A stretch of 64,000 nucleotides of DNA from Albugo candida. Its lineage: Eukaryota. The notes under the pieces are model-generated. The model saw only the letters and a list, made by a program, of their open reading frames with translations. It made no database searches and was not told the origin of the DNA. Below are positions 24,395-37,800 of this stretch, piece by piece (the stretch's first letter is position 1; every line of letters starts with the position of its first letter). The DNA lies in assembly GCA_040437565.1 (NCBI GenBank), contig JBDOQK010000044.1:124001-188000 (forward strand). The letters are read 5' to 3'. Made by a program: the position numbers and the translations under genes.

Positions 24395-25495
24395 CTAAAA
24401 TTGCTTCACGCCACACGTCGGGCATTCAGGCTTCATATTTAGCTGCAATACGATGCACTCATCATGGAACTGATGGCCGCAAGAAAGTGTGATCAGAGAA
24501 GGAGCATACTCCGACACGGGTATGCTCATCTGCGAACTAGTTCTTCCTTCCAGCTCTTCCAATATGCCAAAAGATACTGAAGAATCGTTATCGGATGCAT
24601 TCAGTGACGGATCCCGATCAAGTCTCCCTCCACAAACAGTGCAACCAGTAGAATCTAAGAGTAACTCCGTTAATGCTGTAGAGGAAGCTGTGGACTTGTC
24701 CACGTGGTCGTATGGTCTTTCTGAATGCTCGAGTAGGGCTGGACCTGAATGGTAGTGTGTCATTGAGATCCAAGAGTCACGCTTCGTCTTTTGTCCAATG
24801 TATGCATGAGCACTGCTGATCGACGATAAGGAACACACGTTCAAATTATTATCATCCAATGCGGAGTCACCGACTAGAAATTGCACAACTTTTGGAATAA
24901 CGCAAGTCATCAAAATGCCGCACTGATGGTTTTGTGGAGCGAGAAGAAGAAGCTGCAAAGTCTGCAGAAATCGGTGTAAAGCGTCCTGACGAATTTTACG
25001 ATTTTGAGAGGAAGATCTCCAAAATGTGAAGAGAGATTTTTTTGGAAAGTAGCTCTTAATAAACATATACAGCCAAGGGCATTCGGCATCACAGAAATGA
25101 CCATGTTGTAATGCGCGCAATATTCCCTTCTGGAATGTACGGTATTCTTCAAAACGCCGAGGATGTTGCCATTGGAGATTTGTTTGCAAGGAGCCCACTA
25201 TTAAAACATATATTCCCTTTGGCTTGGCAATTGAGTCGGGATCAAGCTGGACCTTCATATATAAATCGGCCAATGTATTGACTTTGTTGGTTTGAAACGA
25301 GTCATGTCGACTCGCACATGAATCCACACTCTCGTGAAACCGTCCATTGTTTGGTGCACTTTTCGATCGATGTAATTTACGTTTTGTTGCGTTTGCCCGT
25401 TTTCGTGTTGCAATTCGCTCGCGAGTGGATGACAACGCAAAGACTTGATGTGGTGGCGACATAAGTGCGGGATTGGACCCGACAGAACGGAACAT
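24395..25495 (-). CDS. PX-like domain plus C-terminal RING-H2 protein (putative E3 ligase)
   Basis: RRFEEYRTFQKGIL..FPKK..IRQDALHRFLQ is PX-like, with the oomycete-type HFCDAECPWL insert. The RING-H2 reads CTVC...LSCGHQFHDECIVLQLNMKPECPTC. Confidence 0.85.
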   Translation of the reverse strand: MFRSVGSNPALMSPPHQVFALSSTRERIATRKRANATKRKLHRSKSAPNNGRFHESVDSCASRHDSFQTNKVNTLADLYMKVQLDPDSIAKPKGIYVLIVGSLQTNLQWQHPRRFEEYRTFQKGILRALQHGHFCDAECPWLYMFIKSYFPKKSLFTFWRSSSQNRKIRQDALHRFLQTLQLLLLAPQNHQCGILMTCVIPKVVQFLVGDSALDDNNLNVCSLSSISSAHAYIGQKTKRDSWISMTHYHSGPALLEHSERPYDHVDKSTASSTALTELLLDSTGCTVCGGRLDRDPSLNASDNDSSVSFGILEELEGRTSSQMSIPVSEYAPSLITLSCGHQFHDECIVLQLNMKPECPTCGVKQF

Positions 25496-26040
25496 TAGCT
25501 ATTACAGCAAAGAAGGTTCCTGGGCACCGTAACGTCCTCGTTTGAATCTCTGCTTGTGATATAAAGAGATTTCTTTCGTGATAGTTGCTATTTTTATCTT
25601 GCGGCCTCTGTTTGACTCGAATGTTAACATTAGATTTTATCATATTTGGCAGTGTGGTAAGGTTTGGAAACATTTTTCAAGGTATACTGTATAGTATCTA
25701 TAGATAAATTGTGTAAGCTTTATCCACTCGTGACAGGGTAAAAGCATATAGTAAAAGAAGGGGCGGTGGGATGCTTATGATTACGTTTACCAGAAATCAC
25801 ATCAGAAAGCGTGATTGCCATGCTAGCATCGCTTTTGCCAGGACTTTGAGCACACACAAACATTCTATATTACCGTAAATAATGATCGACTATATAGTAT
25901 AATCGAAAATTTTCGGCTTGCCTGACAATGCCCAGCCACGACAAGCAGTGTACCATAAGCACGCTTATGTACCGCGTACGTCACGTTGTCCATTGAGCTT
26001 CGTATAAATTAGTTATATTTATCCGTAGGAAGCGCGTCGA

Positions 26041-27721
26041 TTGACAATTACACTTGCTCGTCGGCTTCCCGCCGCTGCCTTCTTCCTAGTTCTTGTCAAA
26101 TACATCATTCCAAATGTCATGAGAACTTTATTATCCATCCACCTTCGCCGTACTAAGGAACGTCCCAAGCTGTACCATCAACCTCGCCGCCGTTTACAAC
26201 AACTTGTCGCATCGTGCCCATCTCTTGGTACGTTTCCCTCTCCGTTCCGTCTATTCAACTCCTCATCCCTCAATAGAGACGTACCACCCCCAATGGTACA
26301 CACTAAATGGGTACCGTCTTCATTTCCCTCATTGATTCCAATGATGTGAGTATCTCATCCTCGCAGCCATTTGCACACATTTTTGGTCGCTGTGGAGGAC
26401 TTTTGGACATTTTCATTACAGCAGTACAAGAGAGAAATTATCGATTTCCCCGATGGTGGAATAGCAGCGGTCGATTGGGCTCTTCCACCCCAGTCCTGCA
26501 TTTCCATTGACCCAGCAATTCCGACCATGCTCATCCTCCCAGGATTTACAGGATCCGGTCAATGCGGCTACATCCGCTCTGTAGTGCAGAAAATGCTATC
26601 TCACGGCTGGCAACTCGGCATATTGTTGGCTAGAGGCTCTGATAATCTCGCCCTCAAGACGCCTCAAGTATGTCCATTTTTCCTCCTTTTACATCCCTAT
26701 TTTCTCAACTCAATCGAACAGCTCTTCTCGCTCGGATATACCAAAGACTTGTGTCACACAATTGCATTCATTTCGAAAAAATATGGTTTTGACGAAAATT
26801 CGCATCGCGTCCTTGTTGGCTGCGGATTTTCAATGGGTGCCAATTTGCTCACAAAATATTTGGGCGAGCAGAAGAAGGAAACGCCATTAACTGGAGCCAT
26901 TTCAATCGGTAATCCATTCGACCTGCTTCATTGTTGCGATAAGATGCATTTGGATACGTTCACTCGTATCATTTACTCGAGAGCTCTTACAGCGAGTTTC
27001 AAAGATGTGATCCAAAAGGTATGATGTATCGATTTTTTTCATGCGTTTTATCATCACCAAATGTGAATTCTAGTGTAACGCGCACAAAATGCTCGCCACC
27101 ATTCAGAATGTCGATATCTGTCGCCTGAAAGCTTCCACCACGCTTATGCAAATGGATGAATATCTCACACGTCATGCATTCGGTTTCGAAAGTGTACAAG
27201 ATTACTATCGCGATTCATCGAGCGCTCGTCTNNNNNNNNNNNNNNNNNNNNNNNNNNNNNNNNNNNNNNNNNNNNNNNNNNNNNNNNNNNNNNNNNNNNN
27301 NNNNNNNNNNNNNNNNNNNNNNNNNNNNNNNTAGTGTAACGCGCACAAAATGCTCGCCACCATTCAGAATGTCGATATCTGTCGCCTGAAAGCTTCCACC
27401 ACGCTTATGCAAATGGATGAATATCTCACACGTCATGCATTCGGTTTCGAAAGTGTACAAGATTACTATCGCGATTCATCGAGCGCTCGTCTGTTAAGAC
27501 ACATTCAAATTCCACTATTTTGCATTTCCGCTCGAGACGATCCGATTTGTGCGTCAGAAGCCATTCCGTACGCCAAATGTCTTGCAAACCCAAATATCAT
27601 TCTTTGTACCACAAAAGCTGGCGGTCATTTGGGATTTTACGAAGTCGAGCAACCGGAAAGTGATGGAAAGTGGGTCAATCGAGTCATTATGGAATTCGCA
27701 TTGAGTTTGGCAGCCGTTTAA
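26041..27721 (+). CDS. Alpha/beta hydrolase, ABHD1/3 (YheT-like) family; multi-exon, start uncertain, internal duplication at N gap
   Basis: REIIDFPDGGIAAVDW, LPGFTGSG, nucleophile GFSMGANL, ARDDPI (Asp) and GGHLGF (His). Confidence 0.88.
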
Positions 27722-27946
27722 GTTTACATATATTTCCTGTCTTCGCTCTTCTATCTCATTCCTTCAAATGCCCGGGCTTTTGCCTCAGGGTCTATTGGCC
27801 TCATTTTTGCCTTTTACAGGTAGTAACCTGCGAATGCAACTCTGTGGGGGCTTTCGCCCAAAGGCATTTTTATAACATACGCATCGGTGGGTCCCTACAC
27901 CGTCCAAAACGTTGGAATTCGAATCTATTTCCGTCTCATTCTCGGA

Positions 27947-30418
27947 ATGGGTAATGGAGCCTCTGTCAGCAGCAATGATTACGACCAAGGCGCCTTTGAT
28001 ATTGTACGAAATGAATACTTACGTCTGCGGGAATTACAAATGTCCGAAGACGATATTTTCAAATGCCTCCGCGAGACACTTGCGTCCCAGTTGGATACGG
28101 TGACGGAACGAGAGTTAGAAGCCATAAGTGATGAGGTATGCATCCTGTCTCCGGTTTTTGATCAGATCTCTTGATCCTTTACTTTTCTTAAGGATCCGGC
28201 TCGCCAGGATGAATGCGAAACAGAGCCGGAGAGCGCACGGGATGAAAGTGATATGGTTAACAAAGTGAATGAGACGTCAGAGGCTTCAGCCCCTACTCCG
28301 TCTGAATCGAGTGTGATTGAAAATCAATCAACAAACTCGCCACGATTCCCTTATGGAAATGACAATAAGATCGCTCAAAATCTCACGCCGGAATTCACAA
28401 ATGACGTTCTCGTGGACCCAAAATTTCTTCGAATGTTTGTTCGATATTGTGAGCGGAATAAGATTCCTCATGGTGTCGATCGACTTCGTTTTTGGGTCGA
28501 AATCGATCAATTGCAAGCACTTCCGTCGCATTTGTACACTGTCCGACGACTTCAAAAAATATACGATAAATTTCTGTCACCGGAAGCCTCGTCTCCAATA
28601 TGTGTCACTTCGACAATGCTCACTGGCATCGAAAAAGGCCTCGAGTCAGAAACTGTCTGCAGCAGTATTTACACGGCGGCACAAGCGATTTGCCTCACAG
28701 CATTAGAAAAATCTGTTTATCCACGTTTTCGGGAAAGTAATCAATTCCGACAAATGCTCGAATTCAGTGCGCTCAATACAAATGTGGAATCGGAATTTCT
28801 AGCGCCTAAAGTCGGCGATGACAACACATTGGCCTCCATATTGAATCACCCGGCAAAACTTCAGTTTCTCAAGTCGTATTGTGTAGAGGCTTTAGCACTG
28901 GAAAATCTCTTATTTTATCTCGAGGTAGAAGACTGCAAACGACTTCCAAATCTCTCCTTCATCGCTCAGAAAACACGTAAAGTGTATGATCGCTATTGCA
29001 ATCCAACCTCCCGCAATTACATCGCAATCAACGAGACAGCACTCACAGAATTGCATCAGGCTGTGGAGTCCAACAGCACACTGTTTCCGCGAATGTTTTA
29101 CGACGCACAGGCAAATGTATTCTCTCTCATAAGCGAAGAATTATGGCGTCAATTCTCTCGTACCCAGGAATACCTCGACTATTCCTGGCAACTAAAGGCC
29201 AAAGTGATCAAATGCCAAGCCGTTCAGATGAAAAGCAAAAGCACCGCGTACGAGGCCGAGCAAAAGATTTTGGAGATGTACGATGAGGCACAGCTCATTG
29301 AGATTGCAATGAAGTATCCGGTTATGAAGCTGATTCCCATCAAATACGTGTCCGATAATCTCTCAGCAAGCGCACGTCTTATGGCTCAAGAAGACTTGGA
29401 AATGTCACCAAACCATCAACTTGACATTTTGCTCCAAGATTCCATCGCAAAACGATACTTCAAAGAGTTTATGAATATACGTCAGGTCGGGCAATATGTC
29501 GCGTTTCTCGATGAGGTAAACGATTACAAACTTCTTCCTGGCGTGGAGTACCTGCAGCACGCGGCCAGAAAAATCAACCAGAAATATATTATCCCATCAG
29601 CTCGTCTTCAGGTCGATATGAGTCGAGAAATGCGTGAGGAAGTCGCTGATAAACTTCTTCATCCTTCAGTCGATATGTTTAAAAAGATTTCCAATCGGGT
29701 TCGGAATGATATGCTTCGTGACTCACTTCCACGCTTTGTCCGATCCAAACAGTACGAAGAACTGGTCAAGGCTGTAGACCGAATGCTGGGGCTGCCGACC
29801 ACAACATTCGGAAAGCTTGGGATCGGAAGATCGGAAGAGCGGCAGCAAGACTCGGAGCAAGCCCAAGCGCTCCTCCGTCAATTGGAAGAGAGCAAAATCG
29901 AACTGAAAGAAATCGGTGTTGCGGCAAATAGCGGCAAGTTGGAATTGAGTCATTTGGATATGCTTTTACGCAAACAAATGAGCTCCAAGCACTTTAAAGA
30001 CTTTTTGGAACTGACACACTGCTCTGAGAATCTCATGCTGTGGGAAGAAATCGAACACTTTCGTCGACTTCCTTCGTATCAAATTGTAATACGCTCAGCA
30101 CGAAAATTGTACGATAAGTTTTTGAGTCCATCGAGTAAATCGCCGGTCGCATTGGCGAATAGCACGCATGATCGAATTTTTAGCTGCTTGGATACAGCGA
30201 CACGAAACTTGTTCAATCAGGCTGAGAGGGAATGCTACGACTTTATGCGAAGCACTGTTCTTCCAGACTTTACGGATTCGCGCGTGTTTATGGCAGTCGT
30301 TGGAGCCTGGGCTGCGGTCGATGAACAACTTCCAGCTCAACTACTGCGAGGAGAATTTGAAATCGCGTTCTTACGACATCGCTTTCATCTGTTGCAAGAA
30401 TGTAAACGAACGGAATGA
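27947..30418 (+). CDS. Protein with four tandem RGS domains and an N-myristoylation-like MGNGAS start (intron 28136-28192)
   Basis: Four repeats of the RGS pattern (L.D....F..F.....E/N L.FW/Y.E...; Y.KF/Y; YPRF..S..F/Y). Exon 1 splices in frame to the 721-aa ORF. Confidence 0.88.
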
Positions 30419-30430
30419 TTACAAAGCTGC

Positions 30431-31040
30431 TTAGAAATCACTATCATTCTCTTCTTCTTCGTCGCTAAAAGCCCGTCTTCGTTTCACCTTACAATTCGCA
30501 AAATGAGTCATTTTCCGAATGCAAATGACATGCTAAGTACCGTTATTTTCATTCGATGCTTTTCATCTCTCTCCCCCAACGAATTCAAAAGTTGAATTAG
30601 TTTATCCTCACTGATCGCTTGTGGTATCTGACCGTTTTGCGCCATTTGGAGGATACAATCTCCCACTACACGGGCCTTTTCAGGCTTCACAATAGCGATC
30701 CTAGACACTAATTACCAGAAAACCTCGAATAAGTGCAATGATTGGCGCATGTCAATAACCCTCATACAGCGTTCTCTCGCCTCTGGAAGCATTAACTGCT
30801 GAAGTAGCGAATTGCGCATTTCTTCTTGCTCTCTAGCGTACGTATACAAGGTGATGGAGAGCAATGTGGAGAGCTTTGTGGAAGAGGGTCTTACTTTTGT
30901 TTCTGATGATCCGCTTGTATCTTTTCGATAGAGGAAGTTTCCCCATTACTCATTTTTGATTTCTGTGTGGAGGATAGAAATATACATTACGTCTGTGATT
31001 CGGTACAAATTGCCATAGAAATGCTCTCACGTACATTCAT
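30431..31040 (-). CDS. PDCD5: Programmed cell death protein 5 (dsDNA-binding) homolog, multi-exon; first exon tentative
   Basis: Exons encode EQEEMRNSLLQQLMLPEARERL / SRIAIVKPEKARVVGDCILQMAQNGQI..ISEDKLIQLL..KIT / VKRRRAFSDEEEENDSDF*. Confidence 0.9.
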
Positions 31041-31851
31041 TGATTCCTGCTTTTGACTAATATAGAGTCTTTTACATTAATTTGCCGTTTCCTGGTTCAT
31101 TATCGAGCATTCTAGATGATGCTGTGTTTTCATGCGGCCGCGGTGGCAGTCGTATAGTATACCAACCTGATAACGAACTTATTATACTTTACTTGTGGCG
31201 AAAGCTTCTTCAACGTTCTTCGACTTTCTACCAACTGATCACAGGCGCTGTCATGAGTTTCTGCAAACCAAAATGCTGCTCAAAGAAAGTTGAAGTTGAA
31301 GATGATCGACTTCTTCTCTGAAGACGCGAATGCTTCCATAAAGAGGGTATCAATCTCTTAATACGATTTGGTGATAAACATCGGCGATACTAAACAGAGG
31401 TATCATTGTCTAGGTCATCGCCTCGAACACTATCAGTGTGGTACAAAGTTATACTCAGCATTTTCCGTGATATACACCAAAATTACTGTGACCTCAGGAT
31501 CACTACTACCAATAATCCTCTGCGACTAGCTCTCAATTCGCAATGTAGACGTGATCAACACTCCTATATTGCCATAACCTAAATAGTCAGTCTCATGCGA
31601 AAATGACTACAATCGACATATAAGGCTTGTTTTCGCGCAAGGCATTACTTGAGTTACGACTATGTTGATGTCTTCCCGTGGTGGCATTCTTTTATGCGAC
31701 CTCACCACACCAAAACACTGAACCCCGCCTCATACCACTTGTCGAGCAGTTTTTCAAAGTCGTCTACCAGAAACACACTGAGAAAGTTACATTCAAGAAT
31801 ACAGCTCATAACGCATCCACGTATTAACAACAAAATTACATCAAAAACGTA

Positions 31852-34800
31852 CTAATTCGCCTCACCAAATAAATTCGACGCCTCATCTCGCCGTTGACGC
31901 CTCCTACAAAATCGAATGGTAACGGGTCGTGCGCTCTTCACGACAACATCTCTAAATTGAGATGTGCTGGAAATTTTTTGCCCATTGACACTCTCAATTT
32001 CATCACCGACACGTATTTGACCCGAAGCAAAGGCAGGACCAATATTTCCATTGGGGAGTGTTTCGCAGCATTTGTACACCCTCACTGATCCCGGAGAGCT
32101 TTGCGACACCACCAATCCAATTGAGGGCTCTGAAAACTCACAATCATACATCTGGTCGCTTTCGCCTGTGTCGCTCGATCTTGACATTTTCGTATCGGAT
32201 AGCTCATCACTGACAAGCACAATGTTATAAGTCCACCATCGCTGCCTCTGTTGATGAGTGAAGGTAGCTGTATATCCCTTCAAAGCTTTCAGACGAGCCG
32301 ATTTTCGAGTAGTATATACATTACAAGCATTGGAAGACAACGTAAAATATACGTCGCCTGTCGTCAAGAGAGTCGGAGTGTATCCCCAAGCAAACACAAT
32401 TGCACTCCGTTTGGGATTCCAAATTCCTCGCGAGCTGATAGATGACGCTAAATGAGTTCGGCCAAAAGGAAGTATCCGTAATTCAGCACCGTCCTGGAGC
32501 CGTGCAGTGAGCATCAACGCGTCATGAGAGTTGTTATAGATTCCTAAAGCCACACACCCGCGTGCCAGGATTCCTGTATGATTGGAATCCCAGTCATAAA
32601 TCAAATGCTGAATTTGTTGTAGAAATTGCGTTTCCGAAGTGCATTGATCGATCAAATGAGAGTGTTTTTGCAGTAAACGCGAATTCGACAGCGGGGTATA
32701 TGTAAAACGAAGAGGACTCGGCGTTATTGGCATCCCGATGCATTGTGTTTGTGCCTCATCTCCATCGATTATCGCATCACTCTCCTGAATGCGACTCGCT
32801 AACTGAGGGTCTGACTTACCCATAATCGAAGACACGATCGAAGACAGCCCGATTGTTACCACACTCGACACGAGTGACGTGACTTGGATAGACTCGAGCA
32901 TCTCCAGTGCTTGTGACTTGACGGATTTCAAGTAAAATTCCGTCATCTTCTCCAGCAACGCTTCTTGTGTCGCTAAAGCTTCTTTGATTTCGAATTGGTA
33001 AAGCGTTAAATGAGCATTTTCAAGTTTGATTTTGAAATGATTCAGCCAAAAATTGGACGTAAATTGTACGGAATTTCTATCAGGCGAACTATTGCGTGAG
33101 AAGCTGAAAACCACGCTAATCGGATCAATTCGCAGGTATTGCACATACACTTTTGATCCTGTAACAGAAGCCATTGATTGATTTCCCGGTGTGATAGTCG
33201 ACGGCCCGAAAAGCGCCAGTAGATCTTCAGAAGAATCGGATTCAAGCCCTTGCACATCTTCCAAATCAAACGCCAGCAACGTGTCTGTGGCAGAGAAAGA
33301 AGAAATTGTCGTTTTCGTCGATGAAACATGTGCTAAAGTATTTTGAAAAGACCGATTCAATCGATTGACAAATCGCATAGTCGTACTGATGCGAACACTT
33401 TGTGTTTTGACGTGAACAATCTCATAATATTTGGACGCTAATCCATGCAAACCATTCGTATCTGTTGGTTTTTCGATCAAAAGGACCTCAATGAACGAGA
33501 CAATTGGGTCGCCTGGAGAAGAGATATTCAGCAGAGGTTCCAACACCACGAGATTTTGGGTCAAATCACGGATTATCATACTCTCAACATTGAGGTGCGC
33601 ACACTTTGTTTGTGTGTTCTCATCTAGCTTGAGTTGAACGTTCCGAATAGAGCAGCGTAGGATCTTTTCTCCTCGTTCGACTGTCTCGTGAGTATGCTTG
33701 TCGATCTTTAGCTTGGCAGACCCCTCTACTGTCACGCTTACGCCCACCATGTGAGCATCGATAATCCATTTTTCCCATCCTATCCTTTCATTAAGCATAC
33801 TTTGCTGTGTGTCATCCCCAGCCATTCCTTCAGCGTCTTCGTCGTATATCGTTATTAAATACGACGCTTGTGTCAGAGACCCAGTGTTGATTGCAACTCG
33901 AAGAGAGACAATCGCTTCACAATGATTTTGTCGTAATTGCAGCTTCCACGAAGTCACTCTATCAATATGATAAGGTTCGCTCCAGTCAAAAAAACCTTCA
34001 GAATGCTCACTGACAACTGAGAATTGGACGCTAGAACGCCGATCGTGCATCCAATACAGAGCATACACCTCATTTCGGGCGATAATGTGATCAGCTCCTG
34101 CAGCCAAATGAGCACAAGTGTCGCCATTTTCGGTATATTCCGTCAGTAAAATTGTGTGTCGAGATAGATTTTGTACCAGAAACCGTGGGATAATGCTCAC
34201 CAGAGTCGTGACGGATCCAAAATGACTTGTGGCGACATCGGACGAAATGCCAAACTCGTACAAGACCGCAGAACGCGATAGCTCGCGACTCGCACATTGA
34301 ATGGATAGACATTCATCTTGCCAGTTGAGATACTTTGGGTCTGCTTGGAATAAAGCGGACCACACGACTCCATTGTCTTTAGTATCAGCACTTGGGATCC
34401 CAATTCGAAACTTGGGAGCTGCTTTCCCACTCCCATTCGATCCAAACGCGCAGAATTGAGCATTCCCCGAATGAGACCGCGCATCGATACTGGGAAAATA
34501 CGAGTTTTCCTCAGTTTCTGTGCCGTAGACAAGGTCCAAACCTGTCCGATTGATCATCCAAATCGGAGCCAAAACAGAGATTTGGATGGATCGACCGATC
34601 TCACATATCTGAAGCAGGACTTTTAGTGATCCTCCATCAGTGCGTGGAACTGTGATTTCAACCATTGATTCTTCGCCTCTGACTCGATTCTGCAGCCATT
34701 CTATCCATTTCGTACTCGAATACCCATTTATAAGCAGTTTGAACAACGGGCGATGATGGATTGTGCACCACCAAACACCGCTGTTTCCACCGACCGGAAT

Positions 34801-37800
34801 CACTTTGTTGTCGCGTTCTTTGAGCAGCGAGGAATTAGAGATTCTCTTGTCAGTAGCCATGACATTGTGCGTTTTGAACCGAAGCGGTACAGGGAGTTTA
34901 TTTACGATGGAAATGGTATGTTGTAAGGTTACGACACGAAGAGATTGCTTGAACGCCATTTTCACACAAAAATATGCTGACGGCGCCGTCGTACAGCTTG
35001 ATTCAACCTCCAGTTCCAAGCGAGATCGCGTCTGAATGGGAATCGGAGCGCTCCATCCGAACGTGTAAGACGCGGAGAAGTTCGATGCCGCTGGCCTTAC
35101 ACGAAGCTCACTTGCCCATGCAAGCACTACAGGGATGGCCAGACTCTCTCTCGACGCAATTGTGCCGAGTATGACGGGATCTTTCCATGTAGAAGAGTGC
35201 ACCAGGACCTGTATGCTCAAAGACGTACGATTCACAACTTTGACCAACGATGAAAGCGATACAAATAAACGCCCATCAATTAATTGGGTCGTCACATTTA
35301 TAACAAATGCGTCGTCCCGTGGAACTGAGATATCACACCCACCAGAGATTGGAATCATTGAATACGCTTGACTTCCAAGACGTTGTAAGGAGATGCCAAG
35401 TATAGGCTCAAATCGACTTTGTTCACCGAAATCCAAGAGGTCTATCAGTAAGGTATCAAATCCGTCATGACAACGCACGACTCCCGAGCCTTTTCCACGT
35501 TGATGGGTAGGCCACACACGGATAATGTCTCTGTCAAGCAGCTTGTAAGATTGTGAGCTGATTGCAACAGAGATATCCAATCCGGTGATATTTCGAAGTA
35601 AAATCGGGGCATCAAGCTGCAAGGAACATGAGTTATGCTCATTCTGCGCCTCAATTTCGTTAGGAAAGCAGTAGAGACTCTTATCGTTGTCCCTTTGCCG
35701 TTCAAAAGCGCTCATCGCAGAAACAACGAGGTCCATAAGGTCTTGCGTGACGATAACGTCGAGCGGTGAGTTCGCACTGAGAAGCATATGCATTTCATTC
35801 GTCCTTCCATCTTGAGCGTCTTTCCGACAGCGTTCTTGATACAAAACGCCTTGAAATGTGGTCTCCAGCTGCCAAGGACTACACATTGGATGCCAGCGTC
35901 CAATTTGCGGGTTCAGATACAAAAGATGAGTTGTGACACTCCCGCCTCCAGAAATGGTAAGGAATCGTTGAGGAGTTCCAAATAGCACTTGTTCTTCGAC
36001 TTGTTGGTTGATATTGGCGAAAAAAGTGCCATTTGTGATGCGAAGTTGAGCGAGACCCATCTCACAATGATCGCAGTCGTTGATAACAGTCACACACACG
36101 TGCGTGCACTCCAACGTAAAGTGCTGATGCCATTGCATGTGTTTTGTACTTCCGACAATAAAGTCTTTCGATGCGATAAAAGTCGAATTTGGGGATGATA
36201 AAGTATTGTTATCTCTCCCATTTCCGGAGGACAAATGTGTGTGAATTGTCTTTGTGATGCATTCATAAGTCCATAAAATGTTACGAACGTCTTTGTACGA
36301 CAAATACACATCCACAGGACTCACCTGAATCGATACGATGAGTTGTTTTTGGGCTTCGTGAGGACCGACATCATTGACTTCGATCTGCACGTCACAGGGT
36401 TCCAGGATTTGTATTCTTGAAGCTTGATCAGAGTGTCCAACAGTACGACTTTGACTCACGGAATAAAACTGCAGCGACTTGGCTTTGATCATAGCAGCAC
36501 CACCAATCGTCAAATGCTCATCAGAGGCTTCCAATTTTGTCGTATTGTAAGGCTCAAAATGCAAACGGACGTCAATATCGGCACTGCATGCGAGATGGAC
36601 AGAATCTCTCGCAACTTCAATCTCGGGGAGCATCCACGCGATCTGTTTTGCAACTAAAGTAATATCCCAACTCTGTGCGTCGTGTTCGCTGCTTTGTAGA
36701 ATAGCCGTTGCATTAGAATACGTCTGAAGCTCCTCTTTTATTGCATTCCCCGACGGAAGTTCCAGAAAATCGATCAGTTCCAACAACAATTGAGGCTCCA
36801 GCCATCCTTCGACATTTTCAATGTATATAGCCACAGTCGACGCTGAAAGCTGTGAATTCCATTGGAAACGCAGCCGGCTTGGAGTCGTTGATATGAGAAG
36901 TTTCTCGTCTTTTGACTTTCCAAGTTCCAAGCCTTTCAAAGTCAAAGTCAGAGTCGGATCCTGATCGGCTAATACATCGAGCGATATGCTGATAGCGTCG
37001 GTTTCGAGCATCTGAGCAGGATCCACCAATATACAGCGAAGATTCGTCATCCATAGCCCTAATGTGATTGTCACTGCTTGGACATCTGATCGAGCATACG
37101 AGTACTCGACCCGAGGTCGTGTGTCGTCTTTTGACCAATGCGTATGACTGGTGATCGCCTCCTCTGCGCCAAGATTCTTCTCGAGTATTGCGACAAGTGT
37201 AAGGTATTGTTCTCTGTTCAATTCGATTGTGATGGGATCTTTGATTCCACTCGTTTGGTCGTAATCATACACGTGAGTCGAAACAGTGAATCGAGGTATC
37301 TCACTTGCTGATTCTCCCTTTGTTTGTGGCTGATCCATTGTGTCAATCACATCGACTGCGGACTGTATAGGACGAGAAAAAAGCGCTTGATACGTTTCTC
37401 CGTCATCGACGACACAAAACACATTGACATTGCTCAAATTGACCTGTTTTAAGTCAGCCCTTAATAAGCCTTTGCTCGCTGTTGACAGCATTTCTTCCGA
37501 CACCAAACGGTACCTCTGATGAGGTTCCCGATACTCATCCGCAACGCTATATTCAAATTCCACAGTGGCATTTGGATCGTGCTTGAGAGTGAGTTTCTCG
37601 GCTGTGATAGCAATATGCTGTGCGACGTTCCATTGCATTGGTAAGACGATAGAAGGCTCGAGCATAATGGCACATAGTCGAACAGAACTTTGTTCGCGAT
37701 CCAAAAGCAGTTGAGAAGCAGCAAGCCACACGTCCTCTGAGCCCAATCCAAAAGGCCTCAAAACTCCTTCGATAAAGTAATCCGTGAGCTCGAGCAACTG

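Noticed and set aside
31080-31820. Possible small multi-exon gene between PDCD5 and VPS13 (minus strand)
   Set aside because: Splice-like signals are present, but I could not assemble a coherent ORF or recognise a domain.
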